Source: a virus
Lineage: Duplodnaviria > Caudoviricetes
Virus record (IMG/VR): IMGVR_UViG_3300028591_000082
Direction: 5' to 3' (one strand)
Length of the DNA stretch: 64,000 nucleotides
Part shown: positions 30,887 through 41,187 of the stretch, one piece after another
Layout: each line of letters begins with the position of its first letter
How positions within the stretch are numbered: position 1 is the first letter of the stretch
Program-made: the position numbers and the translations under genes
Notes under the pieces: model-generated
What the model was told of the DNA's origin: nothing
The model's database searches: none
Seen by the model: the letters and a program-made list of their open reading frames with translations, nothing else

Positions 30887-31900
30887 ATGAAAATTCAGAA
30901 AGAGTTTGATGTTATTCAAGCATCAACAACAGTAAGAATAGAAAAGACAAGAGAAGATGTAACTCCTATTGTAGGATATAAAAAATTCATTTCCAAAGGA
31001 ATTGAAATTGATGGAGAAGTAGTTAATCAGAGACTCGAAACAGTATTGCCAGAGAACGTTGGTACAACTCTCTTCCAAGATACTACTGCAAATGGAGTAA
31101 ACATTAAGGAAGCTGTAGAAAATACAACAGCTAAAGCAACAGTTGAGTATGCTGAAAAGACTGGCCAGAGACCTTATATTGAAATGAAGTATAGACAGCC
31201 AGCTGCAAACCCAGATGGTGGAAGTGGCTCAACACCAACACCAACACCAGTAACAGTTGCTAAGCCAATAATTTCTATTACATCAGACGGTAAGGTTACT
31301 ATTACTTGTGCAACAGCAGGAGCAACAATTTATTATACAATAAATAATACTAACCCTTCAGATGCTTCAACAGAATATGCAGGACAGTTCACACTTGCTG
31401 ATAGTGCAACTGTTAAGGCAATTGCTTATGCAACAATCGAAGGTGAAGAAAAGGTTTCTGCAGTAGTTTCTAAAACTTATACAAAACAGTCTACACCACC
31501 ACAGCCAACAACTTTCACAGTTTATCATGGTGTTACAACACTTGACTATGATGGAATGTCAAATCAAAACACAGTTGGAACATATCTTGAAGGTGCCGTA
31601 ACAGCAGAAGTTATTAAGGGTCTTACAAGATCAGTAGTATCAAATCAATATCAGGATTATTCATTTACTGGTACAGATGAAGATGATGATCATATTTCAA
31701 CAGCTATTGTTGCATTCCCAAGTACAGCTGAACCAATTTTACCAGGAATTATGTTTAATGGAGAAATTAAACAGTCTTCAGGTTATCACAAATTCAATGT
31801 TGAAATTGACGGCGTAGATTATGTTGTATTTGCACTTAAGGGTGGATTAGCAGATTCTGGATCTACAGCTGATGTATATTTCAGAGCAAGCTTTAACTAA
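30887..31900 (+). CDS. Capsid decoration/appendage protein with an Fn3-associated (chitobiase C-terminal-like) domain
   Basis: VAKPIIS...VTITCATAGATIYYTINNTNP...TVKAIA motif with a Pro/Thr linker; first gene after gp23; AAGTTAA at 30859. Confidence 0.7.
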   Translation: MKIQKEFDVIQASTTVRIEKTREDVTPIVGYKKFISKGIEIDGEVVNQRLETVLPENVGTTLFQDTTANGVNIKEAVENTTAKATVEYAEKTGQRPYIEMKYRQPAANPDGGSGSTPTPTPVTVAKPIISITSDGKVTITCATAGATIYYTINNTNPSDASTEYAGQFTLADSATVKAIAYATIEGEEKVSAVVSKTYTKQSTPPQPTTFTVYHGVTTLDYDGMSNQNTVGTYLEGAVTAEVIKGLTRSVVSNQYQDYSFTGTDEDDDHISTAIVAFPSTAEPILPGIMFNGEIKQSSGYHKFNVEIDGVDYVVFALKGGLADSGSTADVYFRASFN

Positions 31901-31924
31901 TTATAATTTTTAGGAGGAAAACAA

Positions 31925-32260
31925 ATGGTAATAAGCGAAACACTTGAAAATAACACAATGACACCAAATTTTGGAAGAGATACTTTTGCTACACTTGCTG
32001 AAATGAAGGCAGTATCTAAGAAAAAGATGCCACAGATGATTATAGCTACTTGCCAGGAAGATGGTAAAGTTTATATTTATAATAAATCAAACGCAGAAGA
32101 TGATACTTTGGGTCTTTGGAGACCACTTGCTACAGAAGAAAAAGTAGAAGAAGAAACAGAAACAAATAAGCTTACATATGTATTGCTTGAAAATCAAGCA
32201 GCTTATGATGCTATAGAAACAAAAGATCCAAACACTCTTTACCTTATAAAGGAGGAATAA
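31925..32260 (+). CDS. Appendage adaptor (module A plus C-terminal YDAIETKDPNTLYLI motif)
   Basis: N-terminus paralogous to 32903 and 34354; the C-terminal motif is typical of phage fibre proteins. Confidence 0.6.
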   Translation: MVISETLENNTMTPNFGRDTFATLAEMKAVSKKKMPQMIIATCQEDGKVYIYNKSNAEDDTLGLWRPLATEEKVEEETETNKLTYVLLENQAAYDAIETKDPNTLYLIKEE

Positions 32261-32261
32261 A

Positions 32262-32852
32262 ATGATAGTAAGCAAGAATAACGAGAGTGTCAGAGTTGTA
32301 TCTGGCTTTTATCAAGGTTATGGACTTGCTGGTATCTGGAACAAGGGAGTATATGTCCCTTTTACTAATGAGGAAGAAGTTCTTTTCTCAACAGTTAAGG
32401 GATATGTAGTTCTTACAGATGGTGTGTCACCAGGAGATAATACACCAGCATTTAATGGAGCTACTGTATCAAAAGAACAACTTATAGCTGGACTTAAAAA
32501 TTGTATTTTAAATTATGATATTGTAGAAATGAAAAAACCATTTGAAGCAGAAGTTGTTTTCAATGAAACTGAAGTTCCTTATACAGATAACGAAGATAAC
32601 GAATTCCCATTTGGCTTTTTTGCAATAGAAAAAGCAGCATTACCAGATGGAGCTACTATAGATAATATAGTTACAAAGACAATTAACCCTATAAATAATG
32701 AGATTGTTAAATCTAGTGCATATGAAATAGGAGAATTAAGCGTCGTTTATAACGAAGGTGAGCCTGAAGAAAAAACAATAGAATATTATGTTATTATTGG
32801 TAAGGCAAATGTTTCTGGACAAGGAATTATACTTTATCCAACAGTAGAATAA
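32262..32852 (+). CDS. Appendage-array protein
   Basis: GGAGG SD, coupled to the upstream gene, acidic and beta-rich. Confidence 0.55.
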   Translation: MIVSKNNESVRVVSGFYQGYGLAGIWNKGVYVPFTNEEEVLFSTVKGYVVLTDGVSPGDNTPAFNGATVSKEQLIAGLKNCILNYDIVEMKKPFEAEVVFNETEVPYTDNEDNEFPFGFFAIEKAALPDGATIDNIVTKTINPINNEIVKSSAYEIGELSVVYNEGEPEEKTIEYYVIIGKANVSGQGIILYPTVE

Positions 32853-32902
32853 AAATATAGCTAAGAGGCATTTATGCCTCTTAGCTTTTAATGGAGACAA
32901 TA

Positions 32903-34342
32903 ATGATAATAAATGAATCATTTGAAAATAATACGATGCTCCCAAATTTTACTAGAGATATTTATGATACATTGGAAAGCATGAAAAATGTTTCTAAGAA
33001 AAAGATGCCACAGATGTATATAGCTCTATGTTTGGAAGATGGTAAAGCATATTTATATAATAAATCGAATGAAGTAGATCAAACACTTGGTCTTTGGAGA
33101 GAGTTAAATATTAGTGGAGGCTCTTCTGGTTCAGGTCTTTCAGAAGAACAACTTTCTCATTTAATGTTCCAGTTCTCAGAGCTTCCATCACAGAGCACAG
33201 AAAATATGCCAATTACAACTGGTACAAAGGCTTTTAATCTTTCAGATGGAAAGATTTACGAAGCAACAGTAGATGGAAATAATATTACTTGGAATGAAGT
33301 TGAAAAAGTAACAATTGGAGCACCAACTATATCAATTGCAAACGATGGAACAATTACAGTTGGAAATATTACAAATGGAGCAACAGCTTACTATTCATTG
33401 GATGGTAGCGAACCTTCAATTGCTTATGATCCAGCAAATCCACCACAGGCAGAATATGGTCAAACAGTAAAAGTAAAAGTTGTTAAGAGTGGAATTTCAG
33501 CAGAAGCTACACCAGCAACTTATACAGTACCAGCACCAACAGTAAGTGTTAATAATGATACTGGATCAATTTCTATTACTCAAAATGCAGTAAATGGAAA
33601 TACTTATTATACAACTGATGGCACAACACCAACTGAAGCTTCAACATTACTTGATGGAATTCCAGAGTTTGACGAAGGACAATCAATAGTTAAGGCAATA
33701 ACAATTGCAGAAAATAATGTAGAATCAATAGTAGCAAGTGCAACTTATATAGTACCAGCTCCAACAGTAAATGTTGATGGAACTGGACTTGCAACAATTG
33801 CACAGGCTTCTTCTGCAGGAACAACTTATTATACAATTGATAATACAACACCAACTGCAGCTTCAACTTCTTATAGTGAACCAGTTCAATTAGCAGACGG
33901 ACAAACAATTAAGGCAATAACAATTAATAACGGTGTATCTTCAACAGTGGCACAAAAGAGCTATACAGAAGCTAAACCATATTATTATGGATTTATAAAC
34001 TCTGATAGTGCTGATGCTGTAGGAGATTTACCAGCAATAACATTTGCTACATTATCTAATACAGCAAATACAAAGTATGAATCTGAAGAAAATGCTACTA
34101 ATAAGGCAGTAACAATAAGCCCAGCAGCAACTTCTAAAGAAGAAAATGCTGAATCAGCAAGCTTTATATTCTATGCTTATCCATCTAATTTAGGAAATCT
34201 TTCTACATACAACAATGGATTTGGAACAGCACCTATAGGTGGTGGATTTACTAAGTTTGTAGATAGTGGATATAACATTTATGTTCAAAATGTAGGTGCT
34301 TCATATTCAGCAGGACAAGGTCCAACTTACACATTTAACTAA
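32903..34342 (+). CDS. Appendage protein (module A plus three Fn3-associated domains)
   Basis: Three repeats of APT...YY(S/T)xD..P...(V/I)K; GGAG SD before ATG 32903. Confidence 0.7.
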   Translation: MIINESFENNTMLPNFTRDIYDTLESMKNVSKKKMPQMYIALCLEDGKAYLYNKSNEVDQTLGLWRELNISGGSSGSGLSEEQLSHLMFQFSELPSQSTENMPITTGTKAFNLSDGKIYEATVDGNNITWNEVEKVTIGAPTISIANDGTITVGNITNGATAYYSLDGSEPSIAYDPANPPQAEYGQTVKVKVVKSGISAEATPATYTVPAPTVSVNNDTGSISITQNAVNGNTYYTTDGTTPTEASTLLDGIPEFDEGQSIVKAITIAENNVESIVASATYIVPAPTVNVDGTGLATIAQASSAGTTYYTIDNTTPTAASTSYSEPVQLADGQTIKAITINNGVSSTVAQKSYTEAKPYYYGFINSDSADAVGDLPAITFATLSNTANTKYESEENATNKAVTISPAATSKEENAESASFIFYAYPSNLGNLSTYNNGFGTAPIGGGFTKFVDSGYNIYVQNVGASYSAGQGPTYTFN

Positions 34343-34353
34343 GGAGATGCAAG

Positions 34354-34731
34354 ATGGTTATAGGAGAAAATTTTAGCTTAAAAGGAAAATTTCAGAACTT
34401 TGAAAGAGATAGTTATGCCACACTTGCTGCAATGAAAGCTGTTAAAGATAAAGATTTGCCAAATATCTTCATAGCAACTTGTGAAGAAACTGGTAAACTT
34501 TATATCTATAAGAAAACCAATGAAGTAGACGAAACTCTTGGCAAGTGGCGTGAAGCTGGCGGTGGCTCTGATTTTGAAGAAGAGACAGACACAATCGACT
34601 TCTCTACTTGGCCAGAATTTGACCCAGATTTGGAAGCTGGTGGTATCATACTTGATGGACAGGGTGGAGCTAACGTAGATGGTTCTAATGTTGGTGTAGA
34701 CCCAGACGATATTGAACCAGATGAACCATAA
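34354..34731 (+). CDS. Appendage adaptor (module A plus acidic DFST tail)
   Basis: NFERDSYATLAAMKAV...CEETGKLYIY...DETLGKWR. Confidence 0.6.
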   Translation: MVIGENFSLKGKFQNFERDSYATLAAMKAVKDKDLPNIFIATCEETGKLYIYKKTNEVDETLGKWREAGGGSDFEEETDTIDFSTWPEFDPDLEAGGIILDGQGGANVDGSNVGVDPDDIEPDEP

Positions 34732-34741
34732 GGAGTGAATA

Positions 34742-34903
34742 ATGGCAAGCACATCAAAGATTACAGTTAACGGTGTTAAGTATGCCGTTAAAGATCAATA
34801 TCTTAGAGATGAAATTGAAAAACTGCAAGATCCAGTAACAGCTGGTGACGGGATTGAGATTTCAGCTGACGGCACTGTTTCTCTAGTAGAGGACAATGAC
34901 TAA
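34742..34903 (+). CDS. 53-aa stand-alone module C protein (absent from the ORF track)
   Basis: AGGAG SD; MASTSKITVNGVKYAVKDQYLRDEIEKLQDPVTAGDGIEISADGTVSLVEDND matches the module in 38008, 44024 and 44808. Confidence 0.75.
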   Translation: MASTSKITVNGVKYAVKDQYLRDEIEKLQDPVTAGDGIEISADGTVSLVEDND

Positions 34904-34907
34904 AAAG

Positions 34908-34934
34908 AAAGCCTGAGATTTCTCAGGCTTTTTT
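34908..34934 (+). terminator. Rho-independent terminator
   Basis: AAAGCCTGAGA-tt-TCTCAGGCTTTTT. Confidence 0.8.
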
Positions 34935-34951
34935 AGTTTGGAGGAAATATA

Positions 34952-35284
34952 ATGAAATTTATAACATTAAGCAAACTAAATGAAAACTTAAGAAGTTTTT
35001 TCAGTAGCATAATTAAACCTTATATAGATAAAGAACTTGCAAAACCAAGCAGCTTTACAATGACAGCAAACCAACCAGAATGGTGGGATAATAACAATGC
35101 TAGTAACACAGTTGTTCCTGTTGGAAGTAAAGTTTATTTTTCTATATATGGTAATGAAATAACTGTTGTAGAGGGCGATGGTGAAACATCTTTAGGTAGT
35201 ATAGTAGCACCAACTGGTGATTTCAGCATTATGTTTGTTGGTGAAGTAAATGGAGATGTAATTGCTTATCCATATGGAGGTTAA
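34952..35284 (+). CDS. Appendage protein (module B)
   Basis: MKFITLSKLNENLRSFF..IIKPYI shared with 35287, 38831 and 43539. Confidence 0.6.
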   Translation: MKFITLSKLNENLRSFFSSIIKPYIDKELAKPSSFTMTANQPEWWDNNNASNTVVPVGSKVYFSIYGNEITVVEGDGETSLGSIVAPTGDFSIMFVGEVNGDVIAYPYGG

Positions 35285-35286
35285 TC

Positions 35287-36489
35287 GTGAAATTTCTTAC
35301 AAATAACGGATTAAATGAAAATCTTCATGAGTTTTTTGAGAAAATTGTAAAACCATATATTTCAAAAGAGAAAATAGAATTTCCTTGGAAAAACAAAAAA
35401 GTAACTTTTACCAAGAAATCAAATTATGATTCTCCTGCAAATTTCATTGTAGATGATACAACTGGCGAAATTATTATGTACTATTCAAAAAAGGATGGAG
35501 ATACTGTTACTAATACAGTGTTTTTGAAAAGTACAGATGGAGAAAATTGGGAAGAAGTAGTAAGTAGCTATACTGACAGACCACAAAGTATTGTTAGAGC
35601 AAGTAATGGAGACTATTATATTGGACCTCAGATCAATGGCACAACTGTTCCAAAAAATCTTCGTTCTACAGATGATCTAGAAACAATAACTAATGTAGAT
35701 GCATCAGTTTTACCAGATATTAGTGGCGGCATGTTTAATTTTAATAAACAATATGAAATAATCAATTTACCTGATGGTAAGACACTCGCTTATAATAGTA
35801 AAGCAAATCTTTATCAGCAAGATAGCAATGGCAATTTTGTTAGTATTTATAATCCATATGTAGTTGGCTATGAATTACTTGTAACAGAAAATTATGTGTG
35901 GATAATAAATCATCATAGTGGATATACTTATAATTATGTTTACCGAGCTAAACTATGGGAATCAAGTTTAAACTTTGTTCAGGTTTGTACAGTTACAAAA
36001 ACGGATTATGACAACGCAGAAAGATGTTTAAGTTTTACAGACGATGAAATTGTTTTAGAGTATGTTTGTTATAAAAATGATACTTATAGTGACTATAAAC
36101 TTTATTCTATAAAAGGAAACGGTACTATTACTCAGTTATCAGTTCAGGATTACTTTAAGGTTCCTGAAAAGCAAGCTGCTTGGAAAGTTACTAAATTAAA
36201 AAATGGAAGATTATTTGGAAGACTAGGATCAGATAAATTATTACGATCTGATGATAATGGTCATAATTGGACTCTTATTACAAATAATGACTATTATTTT
36301 AGCAGAATGGCTCAACTGGATAATGGCAATGTTTTGATTAGTACAGCAAAAGGTCTTTATGTATCATATGATAACGGAGACAATTTTGAATTAAAAATAA
36401 ATAAAGATTATTATAAAGATTTCTGTGTTTATGGTAATACTGTATCGTTATTAACAAGCGATGGCAATATTGAAACTATGAAATTTTAA
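35287..36489 (+). CDS. Module B plus BNR/Asp-box beta-propeller (candidate receptor or glycan binding)
   Basis: STDGENW, SDDNGHNW and SYDNGDNF Asp-boxes. Confidence 0.7.
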   Translation: MKFLTNNGLNENLHEFFEKIVKPYISKEKIEFPWKNKKVTFTKKSNYDSPANFIVDDTTGEIIMYYSKKDGDTVTNTVFLKSTDGENWEEVVSSYTDRPQSIVRASNGDYYIGPQINGTTVPKNLRSTDDLETITNVDASVLPDISGGMFNFNKQYEIINLPDGKTLAYNSKANLYQQDSNGNFVSIYNPYVVGYELLVTENYVWIINHHSGYTYNYVYRAKLWESSLNFVQVCTVTKTDYDNAERCLSFTDDEIVLEYVCYKNDTYSDYKLYSIKGNGTITQLSVQDYFKVPEKQAAWKVTKLKNGRLFGRLGSDKLLRSDDNGHNWTLITNNDYYFSRMAQLDNGNVLISTAKGLYVSYDNGDNFELKINKDYYKDFCVYGNTVSLLTSDGNIETMKF

Positions 36490-36502
36490 GAGTATCGTTG
36501 TA

Positions 36503-37252
36503 ATGTTATTATCAATTGTAATACCATTCTGCGACAATGATTATAAGCTCCTTGATAGAGCTATAAATTCTATCAGGGAGCATATTAAATTCAATGATTA
36601 TGAAATTGTTGTTGTAGATAATAGGGAAGAAAAAAAAGAAGAAAAAATCTCATTAGAAAACATAAAAATCATTTCAAAAGGATATAATTTTTATACATTT
36701 GAAAGTAGAAGGTTTGGGTTTCAAAATTCTACTGGTAAGTTTATTTGGAATTTTGATGCTGATGATGAAATGATTGGTGATTTGTTTGAAGAAGATATTA
36801 AAGAAGATTATGAGTTTCTTCAAATGTATTATTTGCATGATGAAAAAACTAGACCAAAACCAATTCCACTTTTAAAAAGATACAACCCATCATTATTTGG
36901 GCCATGCGTTTGGTCTAGATTATATAGAAGAGATTTGTTGGAAAAGATTTATACAAGATTAGAAAAACCAATAATAGTACCAAAATTTGAAGACAGAATT
37001 CTTTTTGACTTTGTGCTATCTTATAATCCAAAATATGAATATATAGAAAGACCAATTTATATGTACAACCATTCAGTTTCTACAACTAATACAAAACTTG
37101 TAGAAAGGGTTGACAAAATTGGAATAGGCGGATACGATTATCCTTATGAAGTTTTAGGTAAACCTAATGCTGCAGAAGATTTAAAAAGAAGAGTAGGAAT
37201 TATATGTCAAAATTTGAAAAGGAACAGACGTTTCAATACCCAGATGTGTTGA
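36503..37252 (+). CDS. Glycosyltransferase family 2
   Basis: LSIVIP...YEIVVVDN, RRFG, FIWNFDADD (DxD), VWSRLY and ED motifs. Confidence 0.9.
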   Translation: MLLSIVIPFCDNDYKLLDRAINSIREHIKFNDYEIVVVDNREEKKEEKISLENIKIISKGYNFYTFESRRFGFQNSTGKFIWNFDADDEMIGDLFEEDIKEDYEFLQMYYLHDEKTRPKPIPLLKRYNPSLFGPCVWSRLYRRDLLEKIYTRLEKPIIVPKFEDRILFDFVLSYNPKYEYIERPIYMYNHSVSTTNTKLVERVDKIGIGGYDYPYEVLGKPNAAEDLKRRVGIICQNLKRNRRFNTQMC

Positions 37253-37992
37253 TAGCTGGATATGGTATAGTTGGAAAACATTTAAAAGAAGAATTTCCAT
37301 TTGCAAAAACTTACGATCCAGACAAAGGTCAAAAAGCAGATTATTTTAGACCACCAAAAGATACTTATGATATTGCATTTATAGCAGTACCAACCCCAAA
37401 CGATGAACACTTTTTTTGTAATACTTCATATGTTGAAAAAGCAATAGAAGAAATAGATGCAAAGATTTATGTTATAAAATCTACAGTACCTCCAGAAACA
37501 ACTTCTAAGCTTTCTGCTAAATATGGGAAAACAATATTGTTTTCACCAGAATATTATGGTAATACACAGTTTGCTTTAAAGCCAGATTTTGTAATTATTG
37601 GTGGAAATTTTAAAGCTTATCACGAAGTAAGACAATTATATGAGCTTATTAAATCAGCAGACTTTAAATTTTATCATTGTAGTTCTACAGAAGCAGAGAT
37701 TATTAAATATATGGAAAATTCTTTCTTGGCAATGAAAGTGATTTTCTGCAATCAATTTAAAGATATAGCAGATCTTTATGGTGTAGATTATGATAGAATA
37801 AGGGATGGATTTATTCTCGATAAAAGAGTTGGTGAATCTCATACTTTTGTGTTTGATGATTACAGAGGATATGATAGCAAATGCTTAAATAAAGATATTC
37901 CAGCTTTTTCAAGTGCCGTTAAAGAAAAAGGATTTAATAAACAATTTATAATGGATGTTGTAGAAAACATAAATGATGGTTATAGAAGTTAA
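37204..37992 (+). CDS. ugd: UDP-glucose/GDP-mannose 6-dehydrogenase family, short form lacking the C-terminal domain
   Basis: AGYGIVG, FIAVPTP, KSTVPP, SPEY, AEIIKYMENSFLAMKV and KCLNKD motifs. Confidence 0.85.
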   Translation: MSKFEKEQTFQYPDVLIAGYGIVGKHLKEEFPFAKTYDPDKGQKADYFRPPKDTYDIAFIAVPTPNDEHFFCNTSYVEKAIEEIDAKIYVIKSTVPPETTSKLSAKYGKTILFSPEYYGNTQFALKPDFVIIGGNFKAYHEVRQLYELIKSADFKFYHCSSTEAEIIKYMENSFLAMKVIFCNQFKDIADLYGVDYDRIRDGFILDKRVGESHTFVFDDYRGYDSKCLNKDIPAFSSAVKEKGFNKQFIMDVVENINDGYRS

Positions 37993-38007
37993 TCTAAGAG
38001 GTATAAA

Positions 38008-38838
38008 ATGACAGAGATTTACTATATAACACAAAATGGTGAAAAAGTTTATCTAAAAGATGCAACTGGACGTGAACTTCTAGCCTCTAAGCAGACAAAA
38101 TTAAAACCAGGAAATGGAATTTCCATTGCTGAAGATGGAACTATTTCTGCTACTGGCGGTGGTTCTGCTAAAGGCTTTTTTATTAATGCAAGTGGCACTT
38201 TGAATAATTTATCTTTTGATAAAACACCATTAGAATTAAATGATGCAATTGATAATAATAAAGTTGTAATTGTTAAAGTAAATAATGCAAAATTTATTTT
38301 AACAGACAAAAAAGATGATACTTATCTTTTTAGTTACTTGGTAGCTTCTGACGAAGAAGATGCTGTTGCTCAATTAGCAACAATATATGCTAAAGGAACA
38401 AATAGTTGGCAAGAAATAAAAACAAGATTTGTTTCTATTAAAACTTCTGATGGAATTGAAACTGGAGCCACAGCAGAATGTGATGGAGATGTTGATTTTT
38501 CTACATTTGAAGATTTTGATGAAGACAGTATTTCAATCTATGGAAATAAAGTGGAAGAAGAGGGTATAATTTCTAATATAGAACAAAGATATTATGATTC
38601 ATCAACTGGAAATTATATAGATCCAAACGATTACAATACAAATGTTAATATCGATGAAGATGATATAGTCGATGAAGAAACAAACAAAATAATAATAGAT
38701 AATAAAAAGTATTCAATAGCTGATGAGTATGCTAGAGAAGTATATGAAACATTACAGGATACATTTGTTTTATCTGACGGTTTTGTTATTTCTGAAGATG
38801 GAGAATTGTCTTTAAGTGAGGAGGTTGGAAATGAATAA
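38008..38838 (+). CDS. Appendage adaptor with module C at both ends
   Basis: N-terminal YITQNGEKVYLKDATGR...GNGISIAEDGTIS, C-terminal IIIDNKKYSIADEYAR...DGFVISEDGELS, and an internal DFST motif. Confidence 0.65.
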   Translation: MTEIYYITQNGEKVYLKDATGRELLASKQTKLKPGNGISIAEDGTISATGGGSAKGFFINASGTLNNLSFDKTPLELNDAIDNNKVVIVKVNNAKFILTDKKDDTYLFSYLVASDEEDAVAQLATIYAKGTNSWQEIKTRFVSIKTSDGIETGATAECDGDVDFSTFEDFDEDSISIYGNKVEEEGIISNIEQRYYDSSTGNYIDPNDYNTNVNIDEDDIVDEETNKIIIDNKKYSIADEYAREVYETLQDTFVLSDGFVISEDGELSLSEEVGNE

Positions 38839-40519
38839 ATTAAATAATTCATTTAAGGTTTTTTTGGATAATGTTATTAAACCATTATTAAAAAAACATA
38901 ATAGTATGAACTATAAAATGGATTATGCTGATGGTTCATATAATTCTTTTAAAACATCAACAACATTTGGAGAAATAAATTATAGTGATCCAAAGAGAAA
39001 TAAAATAATTAAAATATCAGATAAAGACAAGGCATTATTTGAATGTAATTATTTAGCAGGTAGTGACTCATCATTTAGCAGTTTAAATACCAGAAACAGT
39101 TATAAAAAAGTAAAAGAAATCGAAGGACTAAAAGATTATTCATTTATTGTAAATGATGGAGTTAGTGGAAGATATATGTTTGTAAAGTGCTTCCCTAATG
39201 GCGGAAAAGTATATGTTACTATAACAGATAGTAGTTATAATATTTTAGTTGATTATTTGGAAGTTCCAACAAAAATTATTAAATATTTAGGCAGTACTGG
39301 TAAAGCTGGTGACGGTTCTTGGAACTCTTCTCTTGAATACTATTGTTTTTTGGGTTATGAATATGAATCTATAACTGGTGGAAGTATAACACGATACCAA
39401 TACATTTTTTTAAATAGATCAAAACTATTTAGCGATGATCCACAAACTATTCTTCAGGCTTTTGAAGAAGCAAAAGAATATAGAATAGATAATAGTAATC
39501 TTGGAGAAGGAGTAGAAGGAGAAGAATTAGGAAAATATCAAGATTACTATACTCTAACTTATGATACATATGCAACTCTTCAAAGCGGTTTTATTAGTAA
39601 TTCTTATGCACATGGTATATTATATATAGTAAGATTTATTGAAAAACGTCAAGGGTCAGGTTCTTTTGATGGTATAATAAGAGCTGTTGGAACTGTTATA
39701 GATTTTGTTAAGAACCAAGACGGAACAGATGTAGTAATGAATATTTCAGAAAGAGTTTTAACAGAATTACCAACATTTAGAGCTGATGCTTATGGTCATC
39801 ATGTACCAAGAGTTGCTTTTGCAAATGTAAGTTCTTATGATAGCAATAAAACAGGAACTGTAACAATATTCTATGGTAAAAAACTATATGTTTCAGGATT
39901 CCCAAAAGTAGAGGTTGGAACTGCAATAACAGCAGTACCAAGTTTTACAGAATATACTACTACAGCAGAAGGAGATTTCCAATCAGTTGCTAATCTTGGT
40001 CGTAATTATAACACATCATATGATAGTGTATTCCTTGTAGCTGATTCTTATGGTAATATCTATACATACTCTACTAACTATAATACAACAGTAACATTAT
40101 TAAAATCTAAAGATGAAACAAAAAAGTATCATAATTTTAATTACAAAAATTTACAAAACTTTAGTGGTGCTTGGATAACAGATGGTAGTTATGTTACTAG
40201 AGATTTGGTTACTTGGTATCCATTATCAAAAAAGACAAATTTACCAAATGGAAATTATAATGATGGAAATTATAGTATAAATTATATAGAAGGAAGAGTA
40301 ATATATGAACTCAATATTGATAAACTTATAAGTGCTGAAACTAGTGGCAATATAAGTTGGATAAAATATAATTTATTGTACAATAACAGTAATTACTATC
40401 AAAAAGAGAAACCAATCAAAAAATTAACATTCTTCTATACACAAAATAAAATACCAATGTTAAACTCAATTAATTTTACTATAGAAGATGATAAATATAT
40501 TATAAATAATAATTATTAG
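38831..40519 (+). CDS. Module B plus large beta-rich domain
   Basis: MNKLNNSFKVFLDNVIKPLL start; TRDLVTW Asp-box-like motif; Tyr/Asn-rich. Confidence 0.6.
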   Translation: MNKLNNSFKVFLDNVIKPLLKKHNSMNYKMDYADGSYNSFKTSTTFGEINYSDPKRNKIIKISDKDKALFECNYLAGSDSSFSSLNTRNSYKKVKEIEGLKDYSFIVNDGVSGRYMFVKCFPNGGKVYVTITDSSYNILVDYLEVPTKIIKYLGSTGKAGDGSWNSSLEYYCFLGYEYESITGGSITRYQYIFLNRSKLFSDDPQTILQAFEEAKEYRIDNSNLGEGVEGEELGKYQDYYTLTYDTYATLQSGFISNSYAHGILYIVRFIEKRQGSGSFDGIIRAVGTVIDFVKNQDGTDVVMNISERVLTELPTFRADAYGHHVPRVAFANVSSYDSNKTGTVTIFYGKKLYVSGFPKVEVGTAITAVPSFTEYTTTAEGDFQSVANLGRNYNTSYDSVFLVADSYGNIYTYSTNYNTTVTLLKSKDETKKYHNFNYKNLQNFSGAWITDGSYVTRDLVTWYPLSKKTNLPNGNYNDGNYSINYIEGRVIYELNIDKLISAETSGNISWIKYNLLYNNSNYYQKEKPIKKLTFFYTQNKIPMLNSINFTIEDDKYIINNNY

Positions 40520-40530
40520 GAGGAAATAAT

Positions 40531-41187
40531 ATGACAGAAATTAAATATGCTACAGTAAAAAGAGATTATAAAGAAGATGAAAAAGTTTACTTTGCAGATG
40601 AAAAACTTAGAGGTGAACTTGACAAAAAACAAAAAAAAATAACTGTTGGAAGAGGTCTGAGGCTAAATGGAAATGTTCTCTCACTTGCAGACAATATTGG
40701 TGGTGGAAGCAACTTTAAGTATTTTACAATTGATGGCTTAAAAGCTAGTGGATTATATGAAGGTTCAGAGCCTTTTGAAGGAGCTGAGTGTTCAAAGCTT
40801 ACTGTAGAGTGTGCTTATGTAGGAAACCCAAAAGTTTATATTGACTATATAGATGCTGGAGATTTTTCTTCTGATAGTTATAACAACAGATGTTTTAGTT
40901 TTATTAATGAAGTTAGTGATGAAGAAGTAAATATGCAAAAAGCAAGAGAAGTGCTAGCTACTCTTGGAGATAGTGGCGAAGACTTTTTCTGCATACTTCC
41001 AACAAGAATAATATCTGGTGAATTTATAAGAATAATGCATGGTATCCAAGATGATGGATTTGAAGCATGTATTTTTGCGCCATGGTATTATGATTCTTAT
41101 GGTGTTAAGCAAACAAGAGAAAGTGTACAACCATCAAGAGATAAATCAGAAATTATACCAGTTATTTGGGAACAACTTGCAAATTAA
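40531..41187 (+). CDS. Appendage protein (module C variant)
   Basis: MTEIKY...KVYFADEKLR..LDKKQKKITVGRGL, plus a YxGNP motif similar to those in 44024 and 44808. Confidence 0.6.
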   Translation: MTEIKYATVKRDYKEDEKVYFADEKLRGELDKKQKKITVGRGLRLNGNVLSLADNIGGGSNFKYFTIDGLKASGLYEGSEPFEGAECSKLTVECAYVGNPKVYIDYIDAGDFSSDSYNNRCFSFINEVSDEEVNMQKAREVLATLGDSGEDFFCILPTRIISGEFIRIMHGIQDDGFEACIFAPWYYDSYGVKQTRESVQPSRDKSEIIPVIWEQLAN